From positions 66,037-130,036 of the forward strand of contig CABSLA010000002.1 in the NCBI GenBank assembly GCA_902478545.1: a DNA stretch of 64,000 bases, given 5' to 3'. The DNA is from an uncultured Collinsella sp. (GTDB lineage: Bacteria > Actinomycetota > Coriobacteriia > Coriobacteriales > Coriobacteriaceae). This document shows, in pieces, positions 40,918 to 49,853 of the stretch. The stretch's first letter is position 1. Every line of letters begins with the position of its first letter. A program made the translations under genes and the position numbers. The notes under the pieces are model-generated. The model searched no databases, was not told where the DNA came from, and worked only from the letters and a program-made list of their open reading frames with translations.

Positions 40918-41887
40918 GAGCCTCCCCTCCCTTGCAGAAAAACGGAATGATCAGATCGTCAAAATCCTGAATCTCCTCGTGGCCAAAGCCTTCAAAGAAC
41001 TCATGACGCTTTTCACAGGTCAGGTTGTTATAGACCGCAAACTGCGTCGCTGGCGGACAGACAATATCGGCTGTGCCTGTGCCAAACAGCACGGGGCATT
41101 TGACCATGGGGGCAAAGTTCTTGGAATCGAAGTACGCCAGCTTGGCATAGGCTTCGTCAATACGAGTCGAGTCCTCGTCAAACCAGCGAGACCAATAGCG
41201 CAGGCCCTCGTAGGCAATGTCGTCGGCATCCAAATCCCAGACCAGGCGGAAATCTGACAGGAAGGGATAGAGGATGGCGGCGCGATTGATAAGCTCGCTG
41301 TTAAGTGCGCAGGTCGCAATGCCCAAACCGCCGCCCTGCGACGCGCCGTTCACAAACACACGGGCAAGATCGATGCCCTCGAGCTCGCGAACGATGCGGC
41401 ACAGGATGCGAATATCTTGGTGCAAGCGGACATAGTAGAGGTTGGCCGGGTCGCCGTCGATACCGGCGACGATATGGCCCGCAACCGTTGTGCCCTCAAA
41501 TCCGCCAATGTCCTCGGAGGGACCTCCTTGGCCGGGGCAGTCGAGGGCGATGAGTGCCATGCCCATGCCCGCAAACGATGCCTGCTCAAACCAGCTGCGG
41601 CTTGCACCTGGATACCCATGGAACTGAAGTACCAATGGCACGGGCTCGTCCGAGACGGGTTTAAGGTACTTGGCATGAAGGCGAGCGCCACACATGCCGG
41701 TATACCAGAGGTCGAAAAGCTGGCAGGTCACGGCGTCGGTGACCGATGCCGCCTCGATCGCATAGTCAAGCCCGACGGCGTCGGCCTCGGCCATGCGATC
41801 CTTCCAAAAGAGATCGAAATCTGATGGACGGGGCATGGCGCCTCGATATTCACCAAATTGATGTTGTAGCTCCTGAGCACTTGGCAT
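40910..41887 (-). CDS. Acetylxylan esterase family (CE7) O-acetylesterase
   Basis: PSDFDLFW, FHGYPG, DCPGQGG, GASQGGG, DIVCPPATQFAVYN and GHE motifs. Confidence 0.88.
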   Translation of the reverse strand: MPSAQELQHQFGEYRGAMPRPSDFDLFWKDRMAEADAVGLDYAIEAASVTDAVTCQLFDLWYTGMCGARLHAKYLKPVSDEPVPLVLQFHGYPGASRSWFEQASFAGMGMALIALDCPGQGGPSEDIGGFEGTTVAGHIVAGIDGDPANLYYVRLHQDIRILCRIVRELEGIDLARVFVNGASQGGGLGIATCALNSELINRAAILYPFLSDFRLVWDLDADDIAYEGLRYWSRWFDEDSTRIDEAYAKLAYFDSKNFAPMVKCPVLFGTGTADIVCPPATQFAVYNNLTCEKRHEFFEGFGHEEIQDFDDLIIPFFCKGGEAHV

Positions 41888-41967
41888 GGCTCGTGAACCC
41901 AACCTTTCGAAATCGCAACGGAGGTGCGCCCGGCAAGGGAACCGGGCGCACGGGAGGGAAAGCGAGG

Positions 41968-42795
41968 CTACTCGCCGAGCTTGGGATGCAGCAGCGACGG
42001 CGCAGCGCCGAGCAGCATCTTGGTGTAGGGGTCCTGGGGGTGCTGGAAGACCTGCTTGGCCTCGCCCTGCTCGACGATCTTGCCGCCATTCATAACGATG
42101 ATGTCGTCAGAGATATAGCGGACCGTCTGGATGTCATGGCTGATGAACACCATGGCCAGGCCGAGCTCCTTCTTAAGGTCGGTCAGCAGGTTCAGAATCT
42201 GCGCGCGGACCGAAACGTCCAGAGCCGAGGTGGGCTCGTCGGCGATGATGGCATCGGGGTTCAGCGACAGGGCACGGGCAATTGCGACGCGCTGACGCTG
42301 GCCGCCCGAAAGCTGGCCGGGAAGAACCTCGGCAGCGGAGCTGGGCAGACCGGTGAGCTCCAAGAGTTCCTTGACGCGCTTCTCCTGCTCGGCCTCGGTA
42401 CCCAGGTTGTGGACGCGCATGGGGTCGAGCAGCTGTTCGCGAACGACCATGCGGGGGTTGAGCGCCGTGGCCGGGTTCTGGAACACGACCGAGATGACGC
42501 GACCCATGTGGCGACGGTCCTCGGCGGTACGTTTGGTAACGTCCTTGCCCTTAAAGTAGACCTTGCCGCTCGTGGGGGCCTGCAGGCCGCACATGACGTT
42601 AGCGGTGGTGGACTTACCGCAACCGGACTCGCCGACGATGCCAATCGTCTGACCGGGCATGAGCTTAATCGTTACACCCTGGACGGCGTGAACCAGGTTG
42701 GGGTGCAGAATCGAGCCGGTACGGGTCCTAAAGGTGACGTGGACGTCATCAAGGAAGATGATCGGCTCGACGCCGTTTACTGCGGTCTCGCTCAT
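41968..42795 (-). CDS. ABC transporter ATP-binding subunit (putative sialic acid uptake)
   Basis: GESGCGKS and LSGGQRQR motifs; within the nan cassette. Confidence 0.88.
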   Translation of the reverse strand: MSETAVNGVEPIIFLDDVHVTFRTRTGSILHPNLVHAVQGVTIKLMPGQTIGIVGESGCGKSTTANVMCGLQAPTSGKVYFKGKDVTKRTAEDRRHMGRVISVVFQNPATALNPRMVVREQLLDPMRVHNLGTEAEQEKRVKELLELTGLPSSAAEVLPGQLSGGQRQRVAIARALSLNPDAIIADEPTSALDVSVRAQILNLLTDLKKELGLAMVFISHDIQTVRYISDDIIVMNGGKIVEQGEAKQVFQHPQDPYTKMLLGAAPSLLHPKLGE

Positions 42796-44811
42796 CTACA
42801 TCACCTCCGCGTGAGGGGTCAAACCATTTGCCTTGAGCACCTCGTCGGGGAGCTCGGAATAGAAGTGCTCGGTGCCGGGCACGCGCTTGAAGACCGGACG
42901 GGTGTCCAGGCCAATACGCGGGTGGCTCGAGCGGGGCGCGAAGCGATCGCCCTTGGGGAAATCGCGCGGGCTCGGAACGGCGCCGGGCACCTGGTGCAGA
43001 CGGCCCGAACCGCTCTCGATGGACAGAACGGAACCCAGAAGACCGCGGGTGTACTCGTGGATCGGGTTAGTGAGCAGCTCCTTGGTGGGTGCCTGCTCGA
43101 TAACTTGACCGGCGTACATAACCGTGATGTTATGGGCGACCTCGGCGACCAGCGCCAGGTCGTGCGAAACGAAGATCATGGCAAAGCCGAGCTTGGCCTG
43201 AAGATCGTTGAGCAGCTTGATGACCTGCTTCTGGACGGTAACGTCCAGAGCGGTCGTGGGCTCGTCGCAGATGACCAGCTTGGGGTCGCGGGTAAGGGCC
43301 ATAGCGATCAGGACACGCTGACGCTGGCCGCCGGAAAGCTCGTGCGGATAGCTCTCGAGCGTGCGCTTGGGATCGAGGCCGACGAGCTCCAGGAGCTCCT
43401 CGGCGCTGCGGGTTCCGCCGCGCTTGGTGAGCTGCTTCATCTGGGCAGAGATGAGCATGGAGGGGTTGAGCGAGGACAGGGCGTCCTGATAGACCATAGC
43501 GATATCGGTACCGCGCAGGCCGAACCACTCCTTCTTGCTCATCTTGAGCAGGTCACGGCCCTCCCAGAGGACCTCGCCGGAAAGATGCTCGTCCTCATCG
43601 GTCAGGCCCATGATGGCCAGCGTGGTGATGGACTTACCGCAACCGGACTCGCCCACCAGGCCCATGGTCTGACCAGGACGGACGTCAAAGTTGACATGGT
43701 CGACGACGTTGATATCACCGTGATGCTCAAACTGAATGCAGAAGTCACGGACCGAGAGAATCGGTTCGACAGACTCGTCGGGCACATGGCGATCGTCACG
43801 CTTGAGCTCGACATCGCGCAGGGCGCCAAGGCGAGCGGAGAGGGACTGGGCCTGCTCCTTGTAGGCGCGAACGGGGTCGGAGACCAGCAGGTCGGCCTCG
43901 CGACGCTTGGAGGAATCGGTCGGATCCAGGGCGGCAGAGGGAGCAGCGGCCATGGCGTCGGTAATGCCCTCGGAGAGGATGTTGAGCGCCAGGCAGGTGA
44001 TCATGATGGCCAGGCCCGGGAACAGCGCCTGCCACCAACGGCCGGCGAGCACGCCGCCGCGGGCGTCGGCGAGGATGTTGCCCCAGGTAGCGGTGGGCTC
44101 CTGGATACCAGCGCCGATGAAGGTCAGCGAGGCCTCGAAGATGATAGCGTCGGCGACCAGGGTAACGGTGAAGACCATGATCGGGGCGATGCAGTTACGC
44201 AGAACATGCTTGATCAAAATCCACGGAGCCTTGGCGCCGGAAACGATGACCGCGCGGACATAGTCCTCGCCGTACTCGGACACGATGTTGGCGCGCACGA
44301 TACGGGCAATCTGCGGAGTGTACATAAAGCCGATGGCGAAGATGATCGACGGCACGGAGTTGCCCAGGATGGAGACGAAGACGGCCGCGAGGGCGATGCC
44401 TGGGATGGACATGATGATGTCCAAGATACGCATGATCGTCTCGGAGACGGCCTTGCGCGAAACCGCTGCAAGGGCGCCAACGACCGAGCCGCAGACCAGA
44501 GCCATGGCAGTGGCGCCAAAGCCGATAATCAGCGAGTAACGACCACCGTAGAGCATACGCGACAGAATGTCGCGACCCTTATCGTCGGTACCGAAAATAA
44601 ATCCGTTGCCGGGAGCCTGGCGAGCCGTAAAAATCTCGACCGGGCTATAGGGGGCAAGAAGGGGCGCCAGAATCGCAGTCAGGGCGACCAGCACCAGCAC
44701 GACGGCTGCAATCTTAGAAGACAGCGTCATCTTCTTCCAGCCACCGAGCTTGAGCCCCTTGGAGGCAGCCTTCTCGAGCTGCTCGGTTTGCTTCTCTCGA
44801 ATCTTTACCAT
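42796..44811 (-). CDS. Fused ABC permease and ATP-binding subunit (putative sialic acid uptake)
   Basis: N-terminal OppC-like permease (FGTDDKGRD) fused to an OppD-like ATPase (GESGCGKS), as in SatC/NanD-type sialic acid transporters. Confidence 0.88.
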   Translation of the reverse strand: MVKIREKQTEQLEKAASKGLKLGGWKKMTLSSKIAAVVLVLVALTAILAPLLAPYSPVEIFTARQAPGNGFIFGTDDKGRDILSRMLYGGRYSLIIGFGATAMALVCGSVVGALAAVSRKAVSETIMRILDIIMSIPGIALAAVFVSILGNSVPSIIFAIGFMYTPQIARIVRANIVSEYGEDYVRAVIVSGAKAPWILIKHVLRNCIAPIMVFTVTLVADAIIFEASLTFIGAGIQEPTATWGNILADARGGVLAGRWWQALFPGLAIMITCLALNILSEGITDAMAAAPSAALDPTDSSKRREADLLVSDPVRAYKEQAQSLSARLGALRDVELKRDDRHVPDESVEPILSVRDFCIQFEHHGDINVVDHVNFDVRPGQTMGLVGESGCGKSITTLAIMGLTDEDEHLSGEVLWEGRDLLKMSKKEWFGLRGTDIAMVYQDALSSLNPSMLISAQMKQLTKRGGTRSAEELLELVGLDPKRTLESYPHELSGGQRQRVLIAMALTRDPKLVICDEPTTALDVTVQKQVIKLLNDLQAKLGFAMIFVSHDLALVAEVAHNITVMYAGQVIEQAPTKELLTNPIHEYTRGLLGSVLSIESGSGRLHQVPGAVPSPRDFPKGDRFAPRSSHPRIGLDTRPVFKRVPGTEHFYSELPDEVLKANGLTPHAEVM

Positions 44812-44814
44812 AAT

Positions 44815-45771
44815 CTACACCGTCCTGATGCGCGGGTTGATGAGCAGGTAGAGCATGTCAACCACGATGTTGATGATGATGAAGGCAAGAGCAACGACGA
44901 TGACGACGCCCTGAACCAGGTTCGCCTCGTTGCCCTGAACGCCCTGCAGAATCGCGGTGCCCATGCCGGGGAGGTTGAAGATAACCTCGATGACGACGGC
45001 GCCGCCCATGAGGTAACCGATCTTAAGACCGAGGGTGGTGACCGGGGTGATCAGCGCATTGCGAAGAACGTTGATGCCGACGACGACCTTCTCGGGAACG
45101 CCGGCGCCGCGAGCCATACGGACATAATCCTTGTCGAGCTCCTCGACCATGGCGGTACGCACGATACGAGTCATCTGGCCCGTCAGCGGGAATGCCAAGG
45201 CGATAGCGGGCATGATCATACGTCCCAGATAGCCAACCGGATTCGTGGTGAAGTGAGGCAGAGCACCCGATGCCGGGAGCACCTTAAGGTAGGAAGAGAA
45301 CAGCAGGATCAACAGAACGGCAAGCCAGAACGACGGGGTTGCCAAGCCGGCGATGGAAAAGACGCGGATCACTTGGTCCGGCCATTTGTCGCGATACAGT
45401 GCCGCGATGACGCCGAGCAAAAACGAAACGACCGCACCGATAGCAAGACCGATAAAGGTCAGCTGCATCGTGACGGGCAGGGCCGTGGAGATGCGCTTGG
45501 CAACGGAGTTGCGAGCAGCACCATAGGTGCCCATGTCGCCATGGATCAGATCGCCCATATAGCGCACGTAGCGCACGGGCCAGGGGTCGTCCAGACCATA
45601 CTTCTCATGGTACTCGGCAACCGCCTCGGGCGAGGCACCGTCACCCAACGCCGTGTAGGCGGGGTCGGTCTTGGAGAACGACATAAGGAAGAACACCAGG
45701 ACGGTGACGCCCAATGCCATGATCGGCAGCGCCACAAGACGCCTTCCAATCAAACGTAGCAAGTTGTTCAC
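44815..45771 (-). CDS. ABC permease (putative sialic acid uptake)
   Basis: OppB-like motifs GDMG, TPSFWL, YVRMARGAG and EVIFNLPG; GTG start after GGGAG. Confidence 0.88.
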   Translation of the reverse strand: MNNLLRLIGRRLVALPIMALGVTVLVFFLMSFSKTDPAYTALGDGASPEAVAEYHEKYGLDDPWPVRYVRYMGDLIHGDMGTYGAARNSVAKRISTALPVTMQLTFIGLAIGAVVSFLLGVIAALYRDKWPDQVIRVFSIAGLATPSFWLAVLLILLFSSYLKVLPASGALPHFTTNPVGYLGRMIMPAIALAFPLTGQMTRIVRTAMVEELDKDYVRMARGAGVPEKVVVGINVLRNALITPVTTLGLKIGYLMGGAVVIEVIFNLPGMGTAILQGVQGNEANLVQGVVIVVALAFIIINIVVDMLYLLINPRIRTV

Positions 45772-45928
45772 GTTCTCTCCCCTTTCTTTTGTCGGTAGGA
45801 CCAACTGGTATATGAGTACGGATACTCATTACAAGACCCGAGCGACATCGTTGCCGCCCGGGTCTTTGTTTCAACTATGAGGATACGGTCCCAACGACCG
45901 ACATCCTGCATACAGACTCAAGCGAGTC

Positions 45929-47542
45929 TTACGCCTTGACGGTCGCAACGCCCCTGAAGGACATGCTCGTCGTGCCGATGCCCTTGAAGCCATCGAGGGC
46001 CTCGCCGTTGGGTGCAGTGGACGGATCGTCCCAGGAAGCGGAGACGGTCTTGACGTGGACAACGGGGTACAGAACGGCGTTGTCGGCAATGATGTCGAAG
46101 CACTCGTTCCACTTCTTCTGCTGCTCGTCGCCCTCGGCGGCAAGAGCCTCGTCCATGAGGCCGTGGAGCTTCTGCCACTCAGCGGACTCCTTCCACGGGC
46201 AACGGGTCTGCATCCAGACGTTGTCGCCGTACCACCAGTTGAGCAGCAGGTCGGGGTCGGCGCCGAAGCAGGAAGGATCGCCAGGGGCAAGGAGGATATC
46301 GTAGGCCTCGCCGCCGTCGATGGCAGCGTAAGTGGCCGGCGAGGTATCGGTCTGGATGGTCACATCGAAGCCGAGAGCGTCGAGGTCGTTCTTGACCTGG
46401 GCGGCCATGCCCTTAATCTGCTCGTTGTCGGTGGTGCGCAGGGTGATGGCACCCGGGGTGATGCCAGACTCCTCGATGAGCTTCTTAGCCTTCTTGGCGT
46501 CGGTCTTGTACACCGTGGAAGCCTCATGATAGTTGGTGAAGCTCTTGGGCAGGTAGCAGCTGGCAGCGGTGGCAAGGCCGGCGAAGGTGTTGCTGACCAT
46601 CTTCTCGGTGTCGAGCGCATACATGACAGCCTGACGGACCTTGACGTTGTTCCAAGGCTCCTTGGCGACGTTGAACATGATGAAGCGGGTGCCGAAACCC
46701 TGAACGTTATCGATCTTGCAGCCGGCGCTCTCGAGCTGGTCGACGGCGTCAGCGGTAACGAGCTCCATAACGAGCGTGGAGCCCTCCTGCTGAGCGGTAA
46801 CGCGAGCGGTGGGGTCGGTCAGGATGCTGTACTGGATCTTCTTATCCTCGGCAGCATACTCACCGTTGTACTCGGGGTTGGGAACCAAGGTGATCTCGGT
46901 ATCGGAGATAGAGTCGTACATCCAGGGGCCGGAACCGATCGGCTGCTTGGCGCGATCCTCCTCGGTCTGGGTGGCCGGGGTAACGCGGACGATGGCCAGA
47001 CGATCCTTGAGCAGGGAGAAGTTGGGGACCTTAGTCTTGACCGTCACGGTGCTGGCGTCCTTGGCCTCGATGGACTCGAAGGGCTGGAAGAACGGAGCGT
47101 AGGTAGCGGAAGCGGCGCAAGCGGTGTAGGAGGCAACGACATCGTCAGCGGTGACCTCGGTGCCATCGGAGAACTTGGCGCCCTTGCGGATGGTGACCTC
47201 GAAAGTGGTGTCGTCCACAGACTTGGGATCGTCGGTGGCGAGCTCGTTGAAGGTGCTGTAGTCGTGGTAATCGATGCCGTAGAGGCCCTCGACGACGTGC
47301 CAGTTAGCACCCAGGCCCACAGCGGAGCCAGTGCTGGCGGGATCGAAGCTGGACGGAGCGTAAGCGGAACCAGCGGTGATCACGCCGCCGCCACGGTTGG
47401 CGGAATCGGTGGAGCCGGAAGCGGAACCCTCGTCGCTAGAGCTGCCACCGCAGCCAGTGAGACCAAGGCCGGCGACAGCAGCGACGCTGCCGGTGAGGCC
47501 GAGGAACGAACGCCTGGACATACCCTTGTTGATGATGGCCAT
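45929..47542 (-). CDS. Family 5 substrate-binding lipoprotein (putative sialic acid-binding)
   Basis: SRRSFLG twin-arginine-like signal, lipobox LTGC, and IGSGPW, PGDPSCFGADPDLLLNWWY. Confidence 0.85.
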   Translation of the reverse strand: MAIINKGMSRRSFLGLTGSVAAVAGLGLTGCGGSSSDEGSASGSTDSANRGGGVITAGSAYAPSSFDPASTGSAVGLGANWHVVEGLYGIDYHDYSTFNELATDDPKSVDDTTFEVTIRKGAKFSDGTEVTADDVVASYTACAASATYAPFFQPFESIEAKDASTVTVKTKVPNFSLLKDRLAIVRVTPATQTEEDRAKQPIGSGPWMYDSISDTEITLVPNPEYNGEYAAEDKKIQYSILTDPTARVTAQQEGSTLVMELVTADAVDQLESAGCKIDNVQGFGTRFIMFNVAKEPWNNVKVRQAVMYALDTEKMVSNTFAGLATAASCYLPKSFTNYHEASTVYKTDAKKAKKLIEESGITPGAITLRTTDNEQIKGMAAQVKNDLDALGFDVTIQTDTSPATYAAIDGGEAYDILLAPGDPSCFGADPDLLLNWWYGDNVWMQTRCPWKESAEWQKLHGLMDEALAAEGDEQQKKWNECFDIIADNAVLYPVVHVKTVSASWDDPSTAPNGEALDGFKGIGTTSMSFRGVATVKA

Positions 47543-47906
47543 GTCTTCTCCTATCAATAGAGAATCTTACTCGGGAGCACCTAGACGTGCCCCCGCGCAA
47601 CTTGCGGACGATATATACCTTACCTACCGACGAACCCAACTGAGGTGCCGCGCTCGGCGACCGATACATACATACGCTTGAACGGTATTTACTACCGTTC
47701 ACCGAATTCATTGACAAATGATTCGCCAGACAGTATGTATCGGCGAGGTGAGATATCAGTCTTCGTCAACCCGCAGGATAGCAGGGTTTTCGCTTGGGTT
47801 AGTCAAACGTTTTAGCGTTAATAAAACCCGAAACCAGCAGGCAATCATGGCGAAATAAATGGTTGAAAATCGCGCAATCATGTATATCAGTTGTTTAGGC
47901 TCGTGT

Positions 47907-49853
47907 TTAGCTATCGGAATGGCCAGCCGCCGCCTCGGCGCGCTCGGCATTCCATGCAACGAGCGCCTCGTGGACCGCCTTGGCAACATCGGCAGGTATG
48001 CCGCGAACTTCCGCGATCTCTTGCTCGCTCGCCGCGCGCAAACGCTTCATCGAGCCAAAATGGCGCATAAGGGCACGTTTTCTGGTGGGTCCCACGCCCG
48101 GAACGTCATCGAGTACCGAAACCGTCATGGCTTTATCGCGCAACTCACGGTGGAACGTGATGGCAAATCGGTGGGACTCATCGCGTACCTGTTTAATTAG
48201 ATAGAGCGAAGCAGACCCGGTCGGCAGCACGACAGGAGTCTCGTCCCAAGGCACAAAAACTTCCTCGTCGGCCTTCGCCAAGCCACAAACTGGTATATCG
48301 AGCCCAAGAGCCTCAAGTTGCTTGATCGCAGCGGTCAATTGCGGCTTACCGCCATCGACAACGAGCAAATCGGGGCGCGAGCCAAAGCGCTCGTCGGCCA
48401 TGCGCTCGGGAGCATAGCGTCGTCCCAAAACCTCGGACATCGACACGAAGTCGTTTGCCTCGTCCAATTCGGCCTGAATTTTAAAACGACGGTACTGGCT
48501 CTTGTCGGCGCGCCCGTTGGTAAACACCACCATCGAGGCGACCGTAAAGGTGCCATGCAGTGTAGAGATATCGAAGCACTCGATACGCAACGGCGGCGAT
48601 GGCAGCGCCAACGCACTTTCGAGCTCCAGGAGCGCTTGATTGGTGCGGTCGTCAGCGTACCCCGTTCGCATCATGTAGCGCATGAGGGCATGGCGCGCAT
48701 TTTTGGATGCCATATCGAGCAGACGGTACTTTTCGCCACGCTGCGGCCTATGGAGATGGCAGGAACGCTCACGCTTGCCCGCAAGCCACTCCCCCAGCGC
48801 CTCCGCATCCTCAAGCTCGACGGAAAGGTTGACCTCAGCTGGAATATCAGCCGTCTCGTCGTAATAGCGCTTAAGAAAGCCCGACTGGAGCTCTTCCTCG
48901 TCAACATCAAGACCCTTGTCGAGAATGAACTCGCAGGTGCGAACTGTTCGGCCCTCGCGAACGACGAAGACGCAAGCGGCGGAGATGGTCTCCTCGCGAT
49001 AGAACCCGATGACATCGATATCGACACTGGAGGGAAAAACGACTTGCTGACGATCGTCCAGACCCCTGATGACCTCCAAACGACGTTTGACGCGTGCCGC
49101 GCGCTCAAAGTCGAGCGCCTCGGCGGCATCCGTCATCTCGGAGGTCAGCTCATCGACGACATCCTTGCGATGGCCCGACAAAAAGCGCTCGACACGCTTG
49201 ACGTTCTTGGCATAGTCTGCCGGGGAAATCGCGCCGACACACGCACCCGGGCCGCGCCCGACATGGTAGTCAAAGCAGGGACGCCCGTTTTGTGCGCAAA
49301 TCATATTGACGATGTCTTCCTCGCCCTTGTGGGACTCGATGGTACGGCGACAACGACGCCACTCCGCACAGGATGCAGAGCAGATGGGGATAACCTTGCG
49401 CAGCGTATCTATCGTCTCACGTGCCGCACGGCTATCGGTATAGGGTCCAAAATAGCGCGTTCCCGGCTTATGACGCTCACGCGTGTATTTGATCGCGGGA
49501 TACAGGTCGCCCTTTGTAATGGCGATAAAGGGGTAGCTCTTGTCATCCTTGAGGTCGACGTTAAAGTACGGATGGTACTGGCCGATCAGGTTGCGCTCGA
49601 GTACAAGCGCCTCATGCTCGGTTTCGACAACGATGTAGTCAAAGCTCGCAACCAATTGCATCATGAGCGGTATTTTTTGGCGCTCATCCTGCAGTGTCAC
49701 GTATTGACGCATGCGGGCGCGCAGGTTTTTCGCCTTGCCCACGTAGATGACATCGCCCTTGGCATCCTTCCAAAGGTAGCATCCGGGCTGTGTGGGAACG
49801 CGCGAAACCTGCTCGGCAAGCGTTGGTATGTTGTCGTGACCGGCCACGCGCAC
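47907..49853 (-). CDS. uvrC: Excinuclease ABC subunit C
   Basis: GIY-YIG-like PGCYLWKD...YVGKAKNLR, RIECFDIS, VDGGKPQ and C-terminal HhH. Confidence 0.96.
   Translation of the reverse strand: MRVAGHDNIPTLAEQVSRVPTQPGCYLWKDAKGDVIYVGKAKNLRARMRQYVTLQDERQKIPLMMQLVASFDYIVVETEHEALVLERNLIGQYHPYFNVDLKDDKSYPFIAITKGDLYPAIKYTRERHKPGTRYFGPYTDSRAARETIDTLRKVIPICSASCAEWRRCRRTIESHKGEEDIVNMICAQNGRPCFDYHVGRGPGACVGAISPADYAKNVKRVERFLSGHRKDVVDELTSEMTDAAEALDFERAARVKRRLEVIRGLDDRQQVVFPSSVDIDVIGFYREETISAACVFVVREGRTVRTCEFILDKGLDVDEEELQSGFLKRYYDETADIPAEVNLSVELEDAEALGEWLAGKRERSCHLHRPQRGEKYRLLDMASKNARHALMRYMMRTGYADDRTNQALLELESALALPSPPLRIECFDISTLHGTFTVASMVVFTNGRADKSQYRRFKIQAELDEANDFVSMSEVLGRRYAPERMADERFGSRPDLLVVDGGKPQLTAAIKQLEALGLDIPVCGLAKADEEVFVPWDETPVVLPTGSASLYLIKQVRDESHRFAITFHRELRDKAMTVSVLDDVPGVGPTRKRALMRHFGSMKRLRAASEQEIAEVRGIPADVAKAVHEALVAWNAERAEAAAGHSDS

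Noticed and set aside
41746..45759. 1337-aa ORF on the + strand
   Set aside because: It lies antisense to well-supported ABC transporter genes and has no motifs. This is a shadow ORF caused by GC-rich codon bias.
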